From a virus (taxonomy: Duplodnaviria; Caudoviricetes): 64,000 nt of DNA. Where the stretch lies: IMG/VR virus record IMGVR_UViG_3300021387_000025, positions 1-64,000 of that record; one strand, given 5' to 3'. The notes under the pieces are model-generated. The model saw nothing but the letters and a program-made list of their open reading frames with translations. It had not been told where the DNA came from and searched no databases. Below are positions 30,432-41,872 of this stretch, in pieces. Position numbers and translations under genes: made by a program. The stretch's first letter is position 1. Each line of letters begins with the position of its first letter.

Positions 30432-32189
30432 ATGAAAGTAAGATTAAAGAACGAACCAATTAAATCAAATTATATTCCAGAGCTATTGAAGTCTCGTGGA
30501 ATTAATGATATAGATAAATTTTTGAATCCAACTTTTGAGGATGTAAGTTCCTGTTATAAGTTAGATAATATTAATGAAGGCGTTGATTTAATTTGGAATC
30601 TAAAGCCAGAAGCACGAATTGGATTGATTGTAGACTGTGATGTAGATGGATATACATCCGCTGCGATTATGTACCAGTTTTTAAAGCGTTTATATCCAAA
30701 AATTAATATTACTTCATACATCCATGATGGTAAAGCACATGGATTAGAAGAGCACTGGGAATGTATTCGCGATGAAAATTATGATTTAGTTATAATTCCA
30801 GACGCTGGCAGTAATGATTCTCAGTATGCAAAAGAAATAAATTGTCCAATTCTCGTAATTGACCATCATATTGTTGAAGACACAAACTTCGCCTCAAATA
30901 TGATAGTAATTAATAATCAATTGTCTTCAAATTATCCAAATAAAAGCTTATCTGGCGCGGGCATGGTATGGCAGTTTTGTTATGCTTTAGATCAAACCTT
31001 CCACGGTTCCGATGATTGGGTAATGGATTATGTTGATTTAGCGGCCCTTGGTATTTGCGCAGATATGATGAGCGGCCTTGAAATTGAAAATCAATGGTTC
31101 TGGCGTGAAGGCTTTTCTCACGTCCAAAATCCATTTTTTATGGCAATCGCGCTGAAATAGGCTTATTCCATTACCGGAAAAGTAGAATCTTCTTGGGGAG
31201 ATATTTTAGATGCTTTAAATCCGACTTCTGTTGCTTTTTATATAGTCCCCATGATTAATGCCATGGTGAGAGTTGGCACAGAAGAAGAAAAGGCTCGAAT
31301 GTTTCTTGCTTTTGTGAATGGACATACAATGGTTCCATGTAATAAACGTGGCGCAAAAGGCACAATGGAAGAAGCTTGTATTGAGTCTGTGCGCGAATGC
31401 GTAAATGCGCGATCAAAACAAAATAAAATAAAAGATAATGCAGTCGCGCATTTAGAGCAGAAAATTTTTAAACATGATTTACTTGAAAATAAAATTTTAT
31501 TTGTTAGACTTGATGATGATGATGATTTCCCAGCCGAATTAAATGGATTAGTTGCTATGCAACTTTCAGCTAAATATCATAAGCCAACTATTGTTGCCCG
31601 TCTAAATGATGAAGGTTATATCCGTGGTTCTTCTCGTGGTGTAAACAATTCAGAGTTAACATCATTTAAAAAATATATGGATTCTACTGGATTATTTGAG
31701 TACACTGCGGGCCATGACAACGCATGTGGTATTTCTATTCTTAATTCCAATTTATCTAAATTACATGAACAGGCCAATGTTGATTTGGCTGAATACAATT
31801 TTGGCGATGGATATTATGAAGTTAATTTTGAAAGACAAGCCTTATCTGAAGATTTAACTTCATTGATTGAAAGTATTGCAAATTATAAGTCTATTTGGTC
31901 ACAAGGCAATGACGAACCGTTAATTTATATCAAAGATCTCCATGTAACAAAAAAAGATATTCAAGTTATGGGTAAAGATAATTCAACCTTTAAAATTGTT
32001 AAAAACGGAATTACGTATATAAAATTTTTTGCGAAAGATATTATTAAAGAAATTCAAGATATTGATGCTTTAGATATTAAATGTGAAATTGTGGGTAAAG
32101 CTAATTTGAATAAGTGGATGGATAAAATCACACCTCAGATTATCATTGAACATATCAGTATCAAAGAAGATAAACTTTTAGATTTTTAA
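30432..32189 (+). CDS. recJ: RecJ-like DHH ssDNA exonuclease (TAG=Gln at 31158-31160)
   Basis: DCDVDG, IPDAG, IDHH, LSGAG and ADMM before the TAG; FYIVPMINAMVRVG, RGSSR and GHDNACG after it, in the same frame. Confidence 0.92.
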
Positions 32190-32205
32190 TGTGTCACCAT
32201 TTTAC

Positions 32206-32232
32206 TAATAATATTCAATCATTTTTCTACTT
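32206..32232 (+). promoter_or_regulatory. Putative phage-specific promoter TAAT-N17-CTACTT
   Basis: Motif variant about 32 nt upstream of ATG 32264. Confidence 0.5.
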
Positions 32233-32263
32233 TATATTAGAAAATAAAAGGAGAATATTTAAA

Positions 32264-33160
32264 ATGATAGATATGACTGGATGGAAAATGAGTGAACATG
32301 GTGTTCCAGATAGCAAATGGACTGTAATTAAATATGCTGGAAAATCTAAATGGCAATGTTAGTGTATATGTGGAAACTTATCTAATGTTGATGGCAGCAG
32401 TCTACGTCATGGAGGCAGTAAAAGTTGCGGAAAATGCGGCAGTAAGAAAACCAAAACAATAGATATGACTGGATGGAAAATGAGCGAACATGGAGTGCCT
32501 AATTCAAAAATAATAGTAATTAATTAGGCCCCATCTAAAGGTGGGCATGCTTTATGGGAGTGTAAATGTTCTTGTGGGAATCCAAAACATTTTATTGTCG
32601 ATGGTGGGAATTTACGTTCAGGACATACTTTAAGTTGCGGCTGCCTATATAAGGGAATTAATCATATCGACAGAAGTTATTAGTATATAAACAACATCTG
32701 GATAGGAAATAAAATTGGGGAAAATTAGCAAGGCAGTTATTTATATGATTGTATTTGTTTTTGTGGTAATCATTTTATTAGTGATGCAACAAGAATAATT
32801 AATGGTCATAAATAGTCTTGTGGTTGCTTACGATCTAAAGGAGAAGCTAAAATTAAAAAAATATTAGAAGAATTAAAAATTTCTTATGAACAAGAATATA
32901 ACCTCTTAGATTTAGTAGGGCCTCACGGTCAGCCAAGACGAATGGATTTTGCAATTTTTAACGATGATCAAACGATAAAATGTTTTATTGAATATCAAGG
33001 AGAATAGCACTATGATATAAATAACTCTTGGTATAGAGAATCGACAGATGAAGAAAAAAGAGAATATTGCAAATTAAAATCTATTCAATTAATTGAAATT
33101 CCTTACGTGGATTATGACAAACTTGATATTAATTATATAATAAAATTACTTGATTTTTAA
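32264..33160 (+). CDS. Putative free-standing homing endonuclease: three Cys-rich repeats plus a DUF559/Vsr-like nuclease domain (6 TAG=Gln); absent from the ORF track
   Basis: (W/Y)xCxCxCG...SCG repeated three times, SKGEAKI, RMDFAI, IEYQGE-Q-HY and KREYC..IEIPY. AAAGGAG SD. Confidence 0.85.
32267..32493 (+). repeat. Direct repeat of about 35 bp encoding IDMTGWKMSEHG
   Basis: ATAGATATGACTGGATGGAAAATGAG(T/C)GAACATGG at 32267 and 32459. Confidence 0.9.
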
Positions 33161-33178
33161 TAAAAATTATGGTATAAT
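33150..33178 (+). promoter_or_regulatory. Sigma-A-type promoter with extended -10
   Basis: TTGATT-N17-TATAAT; AAAGGAG SD before GTG 33201. Confidence 0.8.
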
Positions 33179-33200
33179 ATAATTATAAAATGAAAGGAGT

Positions 33201-36200
33201 GTGAAAAAATTGAACTATTGTGGCTCTCTCCATAACCATACGATGTATTCAAATTTACGCATTAGAGATTCAATTAATCGTGTTGATAAAATGATGGAGT
33301 ATGCTGAAAAATTAGGCCATACAGTAATTGGTTTTACGGACCACGAATTTGTCGGGTCTTGGGTGCAAATTGAAAAAGAAGCAAAAAAACATCCAAACTT
33401 AAAAGTTATTAGAGGTAATGAAATTTATTTAGTTAGAAATGGACTAAATAATTCAAATTATGTAGCCGGTGTAGATAAATATTATCACTTCTGTTTATAT
33501 GCTCGTGACCTAGTGGGCGCACATCAAATAATGGAAATTTCAACTCGCGCATGGTTAAGATCTTACATGGCGCGAGGCATGAGAAGAGTCCCAACTTATT
33601 ATCAAGATCTATTTGATATTATTGGTACAAATCCTGGTCATGTTATTGGATCAACAGCTTGTTTAGGTGGCGCGCTCCCTACTCAGATTTTAAGAGGTAC
33701 AGATCGATCTAAATTAGACAGATGGATTAATCAGATGGTAGATATTTTTGGAAAAGATAACTTCTATCTGGAAATGCAGCCAAGTCATAACAAAGATCAA
33801 ATTAAAGTCAATCGTGAATTATTTAAGTTTGCGAATTATCATGGATTAAATTATATTATTACAACTGATAGTCATTATTTAAAGAAAGAGGATCGAGTTA
33901 TTCATAAAGCATATTTAAATGCGCAAGATGGTGATCGTGAAGTTGATGAATTTTATGCAACTACATATATGATGAGTACAGAAGAACTTGAGTCATATAT
34001 GAAAGATTCTTTTGATGATATAGATATAATTCATGCAGCTTATAAGTCAATTCAAGATATAATTGATAAATGTGAAGATTATAGTATTTTAAAGCCTCTT
34101 CGTATCCCGAACTTAAAATGGAAGCCTGCATTAGCATGTTATACAGATTACGAAGAATGGTTTAAGAATATTCCGATGCTTCAAACTTTTTATGATTCAG
34201 AATACGAAGCAGATAGATATTTAGTTAATGCAATTATTGATGGTATTAAACTTCATTCAGATCTTCAGAATCAGCGCGCATATGATGAAATAAATGAAAA
34301 TTTACAGATGACTTGGGTTTCATCAGAAGTTAATAAAGCAAGATGGAGCGCATATTATCTTAATCTTCAACAGATTATTGATCTTTGTTGGGAAGCAGGA
34401 TCGATTGTAGGCCCGGGTCGTGGATCAGGTGTAGGTTTTATTTTGTTATATGTTTTAGGAATTACACAAATTAATCCGTTAAGAGAAACTACTCGTTGTT
34501 TTTCGTGGAGATTTTTGAATCCAGAACGTGTATCGGTTCTTGATGTAGACTTTGACATTGAGGGCGGCCGTCGCGCGCAAGTATTAAATAAGTTTAGAGA
34601 ATTTTACGGACAAGATAGAGTCGCAAACGTAGCAACTTTTAGAACTGAAAAGTCGAAGTCGGCAATTTTAACAGCAGCTCGTGGTTTAGGCATCGATGTT
34701 GATATCGCGCAGTATATTGCAAGTCTCATCCCCGCTGATCGAGGTATGTTAAGAACCTTAGATCAATGTATGTATGGTGATGAAGAAAATGATTGGCCAC
34801 CGATTAAACAGTTTGTAATTGAAATGACACAAAATTATCCAGAACTGTGGGAAGTGGCGCATAGTGTTGAAGGATTGGTTTGTGGTTCTGGCATTCATGC
34901 CGGTGGTGTTATTTTCGTTGACGAGCCTTTCACAAATTCAACAGGTTTGATGCGGGCGCCGGATGGTACAATTTGTACACAGTTTGAACTTCATGATGCA
35001 GAAGACGTAAGTCTTATTAAGTACGATGCTTTGTCAGTTGAAGCAATGGATAAAATTCATAATTGTATTGATCTTTTATGTGATTATGGATATGTCGAAC
35101 GAAAAAATAGCTTAAAAGAAACTTATGAAGATTTGATTGGAATTTATAAACTTGAAAGAGATAATCCTGAAATGTGGAAAATGGTTTGGAACCATGAAAT
35201 TAATTCGTTGTTCCAGATGGAAAAACAGTCAGGTATTAAAGGTATTGCAACGCTGAAGCCGACTTCGGTTGATGATTTAGCGATTTTGAACTCGACAATT
35301 CGTCTTATGGCGCAAGAGAAAGGCGGAGAAATGCCAACAGATAAGCTGGCGCGGTTCAAAACGGATCCGACTGAATGGGATAAGGAATTAGAAAAATATG
35401 GACTTGGCGCGAAAGAGAAGAAAATTTTAGAGCCAGTCTTAGGAATGTCATATGGACTTTGTATTGCTCAGGAACAGTTCATGGAACTTGTACAGTTGCC
35501 GGAATTGGGTGGATTTAGTCTTACATGGGCAGATAAACTTCGTAAGTCAATTGCAAAAAAGAACCCGAAAGAATATGAAGCATTAACCAAAGAATTTTAT
35601 GAGACAACAAAAGAGAAAGGCATTAATCAATTGTTTGCCCATTATGTTTGGGATGTATTGATTGCAATGTCTCGTGGATATGGTTTTAATCAGTCACACA
35701 CTCTTGCATATAGTTTAATTGCTCTTCAGGAAATGAATTTAGCTTATCACTATCCAATCATGTTTTGGAATTGTGCTTGTTTGATTAGCGATGCGGGCGG
35801 CAACGATGATGACGAAGAGGATGAAGAAGCGATCGAAGAACTTAAACATGAAGAAGTTTATTATAATGAAATGGAAGAGTTCAACGATGAAGAAGATGAA
35901 GCTGAAGATTCTTATGAAGAAGAAGATTGTGATGGGTATCCAGCAGAAGTAATCAAAACTTCTGAAGGAAGAAAAAAGAAAAAAGTAAAGTCAACTAATT
36001 ATGGAAAAATCGCGACAGCTATTGGTCGTATTAAAATGACTGGCGTAGAAGTAGCTCCCCCAGATATAAATCAATCAACTTTTACATTTTCTCCAGACAT
36101 TGAACATAATACGATTAGATATGGGTTGTCAGGTATTACGAGAATCGGTAATGATTTAGTAAATGAAATTATTGGCGGGCGGCCGTATAGTGGAATTAAT

Positions 36201-37193
36201 GACTTTTTAAATAGAATTAAAGTTAATAAAACTCAAATGATTAACTTGATTAAGTCAGGCGCATTTGATAGTTTTGGTAATCGAATGACGATTATGCAGA
36301 ATTATGTAAATGAGATTAGTGGCGCGAAGAAGCGTATCACTCTTCAGAATATGAAGATGTTGATTGATTTTGGTCTTATTCCCGATGAGTATGATCTAGA
36401 GCGCCGTGTATATAACTTCAATAAATATTTGAAAAAGATGAAGATGGGAGATTATTATGGACTGGATAATATCGCTTTTAATTTCTATAGTAATCGCTTT
36501 GACATTGATTTGTGTACTCCTTCTGATGATACTGATAGTGGTTTTAAAATCAAGCAAGTAAAGTGGGATGCGATTTATCAAAAATATATGGATCGAATTA
36601 GACCATATGTTCAAAAGCACAATAAAGAATTATTAGATGCAATAAATAAAAAGTTAACTCAAGATACTTGGGATAAATATTGTAAAGGTACAATCTCTCA
36701 TTGGGAAATGGAATCAATTTCTTGTTATCTTCATGAGCATGAATTAGCAAATCTTGATTATAAAAAATATGGATTTACTGAATTTTATGATATTGATGAA
36801 ACACCCGAGATTGAAAGATATATCCCAATAAAAGGAAAGATGATTCCAATTTTTAGACTTTATCGTATAGTAGGAACTGTTCTTGATCGCGATAAAGCAA
36901 AAAAGACAGTAACCTTGCTTACTCGAGATGGAGTTGTAACAGTTAAAATCTATGGAGGCGTTTTTGCTCAATATGATAAGCAGTTAAGTGAAAAAGACGC
37001 GACTGGACATAAACATGTAATTGAAAAAAGTATGTTCAGTAGAGGAAATATCATAATTGTTTGCGGTCTTCGTGATGGAGAAAACGAATTTAGAGCAAAA
37101 AAATATAGTAAAACTCCATATCACACAGTTGAACAAATTGTAAATATTGAAGGAGAACAAATTACGACACATAGTCGTTCTGCAGAAGCATAA
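33201..37193 (+). CDS. dnaE: DNA polymerase III alpha subunit (family C)
   Basis: LHNHTMYS, FTDH and TTDSHY PHP motifs; GPGRGS, RFLNPER, DVDFD, GIHAGGV and YGFNQSH. 1330 aa with no TAG. Confidence 0.96.
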   Translation: MKKLNYCGSLHNHTMYSNLRIRDSINRVDKMMEYAEKLGHTVIGFTDHEFVGSWVQIEKEAKKHPNLKVIRGNEIYLVRNGLNNSNYVAGVDKYYHFCLYARDLVGAHQIMEISTRAWLRSYMARGMRRVPTYYQDLFDIIGTNPGHVIGSTACLGGALPTQILRGTDRSKLDRWINQMVDIFGKDNFYLEMQPSHNKDQIKVNRELFKFANYHGLNYIITTDSHYLKKEDRVIHKAYLNAQDGDREVDEFYATTYMMSTEELESYMKDSFDDIDIIHAAYKSIQDIIDKCEDYSILKPLRIPNLKWKPALACYTDYEEWFKNIPMLQTFYDSEYEADRYLVNAIIDGIKLHSDLQNQRAYDEINENLQMTWVSSEVNKARWSAYYLNLQQIIDLCWEAGSIVGPGRGSGVGFILLYVLGITQINPLRETTRCFSWRFLNPERVSVLDVDFDIEGGRRAQVLNKFREFYGQDRVANVATFRTEKSKSAILTAARGLGIDVDIAQYIASLIPADRGMLRTLDQCMYGDEENDWPPIKQFVIEMTQNYPELWEVAHSVEGLVCGSGIHAGGVIFVDEPFTNSTGLMRAPDGTICTQFELHDAEDVSLIKYDALSVEAMDKIHNCIDLLCDYGYVERKNSLKETYEDLIGIYKLERDNPEMWKMVWNHEINSLFQMEKQSGIKGIATLKPTSVDDLAILNSTIRLMAQEKGGEMPTDKLARFKTDPTEWDKELEKYGLGAKEKKILEPVLGMSYGLCIAQEQFMELVQLPELGGFSLTWADKLRKSIAKKNPKEYEALTKEFYETTKEKGINQLFAHYVWDVLIAMSRGYGFNQSHTLAYSLIALQEMNLAYHYPIMFWNCACLISDAGGNDDDEEDEEAIEELKHEEVYYNEMEEFNDEEDEAEDSYEEEDCDGYPAEVIKTSEGRKKKKVKSTNYGKIATAIGRIKMTGVEVAPPDINQSTFTFSPDIEHNTIRYGLSGITRIGNDLVNEIIGGRPYSGINDFLNRIKVNKTQMINLIKSGAFDSFGNRMTIMQNYVNEISGAKKRITLQNMKMLIDFGLIPDEYDLERRVYNFNKYLKKMKMGDYYGLDNIAFNFYSNRFDIDLCTPSDDTDSGFKIKQVKWDAIYQKYMDRIRPYVQKHNKELLDAINKKLTQDTWDKYCKGTISHWEMESISCYLHEHELANLDYKKYGFTEFYDIDETPEIERYIPIKGKMIPIFRLYRIVGTVLDRDKAKKTVTLLTRDGVVTVKIYGGVFAQYDKQLSEKDATGHKHVIEKSMFSRGNIIIVCGLRDGENEFRAKKYSKTPYHTVEQIVNIEGEQITTHSRSAEA

Positions 37194-38347
37194 TGCCTGT
37201 ATTTGGAATTCACGATTACGATTTTTTTAATTATGAACACGTAATTCCCAATATAGATTGCGCGAAGTATTTAACTTATTATCGTAATCATTCGACCATC
37301 GCCGCTCTGGTTCCTCGTATGGAACCAGAGCGATATACAACTTTTATCGTCAGAAAAGAATATGATGATGGTTATTATCCTAAAGAGCTATTTTTACCAA
37401 ATGTTGAATTTGGCGGTCGAGTGTTTTCAGTTGAATAGACTAAGCCTCTACCACCAGAAATAGAAGCAACTATACCAAACATGCACGTTTATGATTAGTA
37501 TTATCCCTATTTTGGATAGTTAAAATCAGATAAAACAACTTTTTAGCGAATATTAAATTGCGCGCACATAAGATTAGCTCCAGACGGAGAAAATTTAATG
37601 ACGGTAGAAGAAACTGCACCTTATTTTTATAAAGGAATTACTGGCATATTCGCGCATGATTATGATTTAGCTGGATTAAAAGCATATGATCTAATAAGCG
37701 AAACGCAACGACGGCGCAAATTCATAGACCGAAATGAAATACATCCGTATCCATTTGGAAATAAATACCCTATTTAGCTTTATTCTTCTGATGAATTATA
37801 GAATTGGTTAAAGGTTGTAACCATTCCAAATGGACTTTTGTTAGAATACAATGGGCTTATGACCGATAGGGTCTTATATAATTTATGTCAGCAAAATAAA
37901 CGTATGGCGCGCCAAGTATATTATAATGTAACCCATGGATGTACCGACGAGAACGATTTTTTTATTAATAGAGCAAGAAAAATTTTTATCTAGACTTTAT
38001 TTTTACGAAAAGCTGGCATAAAAATTTTACTTAAATATGAAGATGGTTTTTTCAAAACTCCAGAATTAGAAAAATATATAGAATTATTAAATTGTTGGTT
38101 AAGTTTTTGTTATTTTGATGACTGCGCGCCCAAGTATCAAACATTATACCGCATTTGTAGATTAGACTCTTCTATGAAATACTTTAATTGGGCTTTCCGA
38201 ACTATAACTGTAACAGTAGAAGAAATGCGTTCTATTTTTCAATTCTTCCGAGAAAAAGATTATTCTATCTTTAAAATGTTTTATGAATGGGATTCTGTCA
38301 TTTATGAAGGAGGACGTTTTATTAATGAATGGACTAGAGATTCGTAA
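37193..38347 (+). CDS. Hypothetical protein with a radical-SAM-associated-like N-terminus but no CxxxCxxC (7 TAG=Gln)
   Basis: GIHDYD..IPNIDCAK..Y, FGGRVF and LPPEIEATIPN..Y. Frame open to TAA 38345-38347. Confidence 0.7.
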
Positions 38348-38516
38348 ACGTATAATTGAAAACAATAAATTAATTGCCGAGTAGCCTCACAACATCTTTG
38401 TGTTAAATCAAAAAATTCAAAAGCTACTTGACGAAAATCGCAGACTACAAGAACTGTGTCCCCACGAGTATGATGAAACTGGATTTTGTATTTATTGTGA
38501 CAAGGAGTATAAGTAA
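38325..38516 (+). CDS. Small coiled-coil/Zn-ribbon protein (1 TAG=Gln)
   Basis: AAGGAGG SD; LQELCPHEY..GFCIYCD. Confidence 0.65.
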
Positions 38517-38517
38517 A

Positions 38518-38736
38518 ATGGAAATAGTTTTATATTCTACACATTGCCCGAAGTGTAAAGTAATTGAAACAAAACTTAAACAAGCTAACTTGAATTACAC
38601 CGAAGTCGATGATGTAGAAGAGATGATTAAATTAGGTTTTAAAATGGCGCCGATCTTAAAAGTTGATAATGATATTTTAGATTTTGCAGCCGCAAATAAA
38701 TTCTTAAATGAGGTAAGAAAGAATGGCGTCAATTAA
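38518..38736 (+). CDS. Glutaredoxin/NrdH-like redoxin
   Basis: LYSTHCPKC..APIL.VD. AAGGAG SD before ATG 38518; the track start at 38428 is too early. Confidence 0.85.
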   Translation: MEIVLYSTHCPKCKVIETKLKQANLNYTEVDDVEEMIKLGFKMAPILKVDNDILDFAAANKFLNEVRKNGVN

Positions 38737-40645
38737 TGTACGATTAAACAAAAACTTTACAACTCAGTTTAATAAATTACAAGCTGAATACGGGGAAGAA
38801 TTTGCGCGCCTTAACGGTCTTGGAGACGAATAGCTTTCCTACACTGATTTCATTCAAAATTTTATTGACACAGAAACAGTTGCCGATGCTTCAATTGACA
38901 GTAATGCAAATGTCTCTTCCAAAGATATGCGTACGTTAATGAATGAAATGCCTAAGCCGCATCGTAAACTTTTAGCATATAACAAAATCTATTTTGAATT
39001 AAATAAAAAATATGGTTTTAAAACTGCTAATGAATGGCTTCGCGCAGAATGGAGTAAAGCACTTTATATGCACGATGCAGATACAGCCACATTTTTACAT
39101 TATTGTTTTGCATATGACTTAAAAGATTTAGCTGAGAAAGGATTATTCTTTTTAAATGGATTTAACTATGAAGCGCCGCAGCATTTATCGACTTTTGTTG
39201 ATTTTGTAAAAGAATTTATTAGTTTTGCAGCAAACCGCAGCTCCGGCGCGGTAGGTTTGCCTAACTTAATTCCTTATATGTATTACTTCTGGAAGAAAGA
39301 CTGTGAAAATGGATATGCAACAAAAGATGCTGATTACTATGCTCGTCAGCAGATTCAAAGATTCATTTATGCCGTTAACCAGCCTTATGTGCGTGATGGT
39401 ATGCAATCGGCCTTTACGAATGTCAGCGTATTTGACGGACCATATTTGGAAGCTTTGTTTGGCGGATCAGAGTTCCCCGATGGAACTTTTATGATTGATG
39501 AAATAGAAGAAATTAAAGAGTTCCAAAAAGTTTTTATGGAAGTGGTGGCAGATATTCGTCAAAAGAATATGTTTACCTTCCCCGTATTAACAATTTCACT
39601 CCTCAGGCAAAATCACAAATTTATTGATGAAGATTTTGCGCGGTGGGGTGTTGCGCATAATATGAAGTGGAATGATTCTAATCTTTTTATTGATGATAGT
39701 GTCACCTCTCTTTCAAACTGCTGCCGTTTAAAATCTAATATTGATGACTTAGGCTATTTCAATTCCATAGGTGGTACAGCACTCAAAGTTGGTAGTGTAA
39801 AAGTCTCTACCGTGAACCTCGCGCGCCTTGCATTAGAACACGACAATGAACAAGATTATCTTGTCGCACTTCGTGATTTAGTTGAGCTTGATTGTAAAGT
39901 TCTTGATGTTGTAAGACATATTATTGAAAGAAATGTTGAAAAAGGATTGCTTCCAAATTTTTCAAAAGGTTTAGTTGATTTTGAACATCTATATAATACA
40001 GTTGGCATTATTGGTGTTTATGAAACAATGAAAAAATTTGGATATACACGCCAAGACGAATTTGGTAACGTGTATTATACGCCAGCAGCAGACCAATTTG
40101 GAAAGAAGATCTTTGAAGTAATTCATCGTACTAAAGACCAATTTGCGCTTGATAAGAATTATAAAATCAATCTTGAACAAATTCCAGGCGAATCCTGCGC
40201 CGCTAAGTTCCAAAAAGCTGATGAATTATTGTTTGGTGATAAAGTAGTTGATGATCTACCGCTCTACGGAAATCAATTCATCCCGCTTGGCATTAAAACA
40301 ACAATTCAAGAAAGAATTAGAATTGCATCATTATTTGATTCTTATTGTAACGGTGGGTCAATCGCGCACATTAATATTGAAGCTCCATTTAATAATTTTG
40401 AAAAAGCTTGGAAAATGACTGAATATATTGCAGATCAGGGATTGACTTATTTTGCTTTCAATACAAAAATCCAAGCTTGTAAACATAATCACGCCTTCTA
40501 TGGAAAGATTTGTCCGTTATGTGGAGAACCAGTAGCCACTGAATATACTCGTGTAGTAGGATTCTATACTCCAATTCAGTCATGGTCAAAAGAACGCAAA
40601 GCAGAGTATAAAATGCGTGAGTGGGAGAATGTAAATGCTAATTAA
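38723..40645 (+). CDS. nrdD: Anaerobic (class III) ribonucleoside-triphosphate reductase (TAG=Gln at 38831-38833)
   Basis: ADASIDSNANV, YMHD, HYCFAY, QSAFTN, NCCRL, PGES, GGSI, CPLCG and TRVVGFY glycyl-radical motif. Confidence 0.93.
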
Positions 40646-41114
40646 AGGAATAAAAGATGAATGTATTGGTGATTTTAAAGAAATTGGGATGTTGATTGTG
40701 TTTCCAAATTGCAGCTTTAAATGCGATAAGGATTGCGGCCGCCCCATTTGCCAAAATTCTCACTTAGCAAATTCACCAGTAATAGAAGTGCCAATTGACA
40801 ATATAATTGAAAGATATTAGCAAAATCCTATCTCTACTTCATTAATTTGCGGTGGTCTAGAACCTTTTGATTCAATTCAAGATTTATATATGCTAATTGC
40901 AGATTTTCGTAAAGTTTCTAATGATCCAGTTGTAATATATACTGGGTATACTGAGGAAGAAGTAGAAAAAATATTAGGCTGGGCTTTTATAAAATGGTTA
41001 GGAAATCTTTATATTAAATATGGAAGATTTATTCCTGGTCAAGAGCCACATTTTGATGAAGTTTTAGGAATTAATTTAGCCAGTGATAATCAATATGGCA
41101 AATATTATGAATAA
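40635..41114 (+). CDS. nrdG: Anaerobic RNR activating enzyme (TAG=Gln at 40818-40820)
   Basis: CSFKC...CQN, GGLEPF, IYTGY, KYGRF and LASDNQ. Two track ORFs lie in the same frame. Confidence 0.9.
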
Positions 41115-41122
41115 GAGGTAAT

Positions 41123-41818
41123 ATGATTAGGGTTGAAAATATTGAAGTTTGGGGTTTTGAGCATGCCATTCGTGGTATGCGCAACCCCATGAATAGTTGG
41201 GATAAGAGTGACAGCTATATGTGCGATGAGAAACATTGTGGCGGAAAATGTTGTCGTGAGGATATGATTGACGAAAAGGATTGTACTCAGCCTGATGGAT
41301 ATCATGTAGGTAAAAATGATTTGGGCCTAATGAAGAGGCTATATAAAGCTGGAACAGAGCATAGAAAGTATTTACGTCAGATTTTCGTCAGCATGGATAT
41401 AACTGCTCCGTTATATTGGTGGAAAGAATTCGATACTTACAAAGTTGGTACAACAGCTAACTCGTGTTCTACCATGCATAAGATTGCGGCAAAAGAATTT
41501 GAATTAGATGATTTTAGTCATGAACATATAGAAGTTGGAATGTCTTCAGATATTTGGCTTAATTGTTTTTATCAAACTATTGACGTATTAAATATTGCAA
41601 GAGAAGAATATTTAAAAACCAAAAATAAAGATTATTGGTGGCAGATGATTCAGCTACTTCCATCTTCTTATAATCAAAAAAGAACCATAACCATGAATTA
41701 TGAAAATGTAATTTCCATGCTTCATCAGCGCGAAGGTCACAAACTTGATGAATGGAATACTCTTCTCAAAGAATTCAGAGAAAAATTACCATATATAAAA
41801 GAAATCACTGAAATTTGA
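41123..41818 (+). CDS. thyX: ThyX-like flavin-dependent thymidylate synthase family protein
   Basis: HRKYLRQI, APLYWWKEFDTY, SCSTMH, LLPSSY, MNYE and R.GHKLDEW motifs; nucleotide-metabolism context. Confidence 0.65.
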   Translation: MIRVENIEVWGFEHAIRGMRNPMNSWDKSDSYMCDEKHCGGKCCREDMIDEKDCTQPDGYHVGKNDLGLMKRLYKAGTEHRKYLRQIFVSMDITAPLYWWKEFDTYKVGTTANSCSTMHKIAAKEFELDDFSHEHIEVGMSSDIWLNCFYQTIDVLNIAREEYLKTKNKDYWWQMIQLLPSSYNQKRTITMNYENVISMLHQREGHKLDEWNTLLKEFREKLPYIKEITEI

Positions 41819-41843
41819 AAAATTAAAAAATTTTTGATATAAT
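41815..41843 (+). promoter_or_regulatory. Sigma-A-type promoter with extended -10
   Basis: TTGAAA-N17-TATAAT. Confidence 0.75.
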
Positions 41844-41872
41844 TATAATATAAAATTAAGAGAGGTGCAGAA

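Noticed and set aside
32267-32493. CRISPR-like repeats
   Set aside because: Only two copies, 192 nt apart and in frame within a coding repeat.
33201-37193. Intein in DnaE
   Set aside because: No C/S...HN-C/S/T splice junctions or LAGLIDADG motifs; the insertion is only an acidic loop.
38428-38517. Track N-terminal extension of the glutaredoxin
   Set aside because: It overlaps the recoded ORF 38325..38516, and the SD-supported start is ATG 38518.
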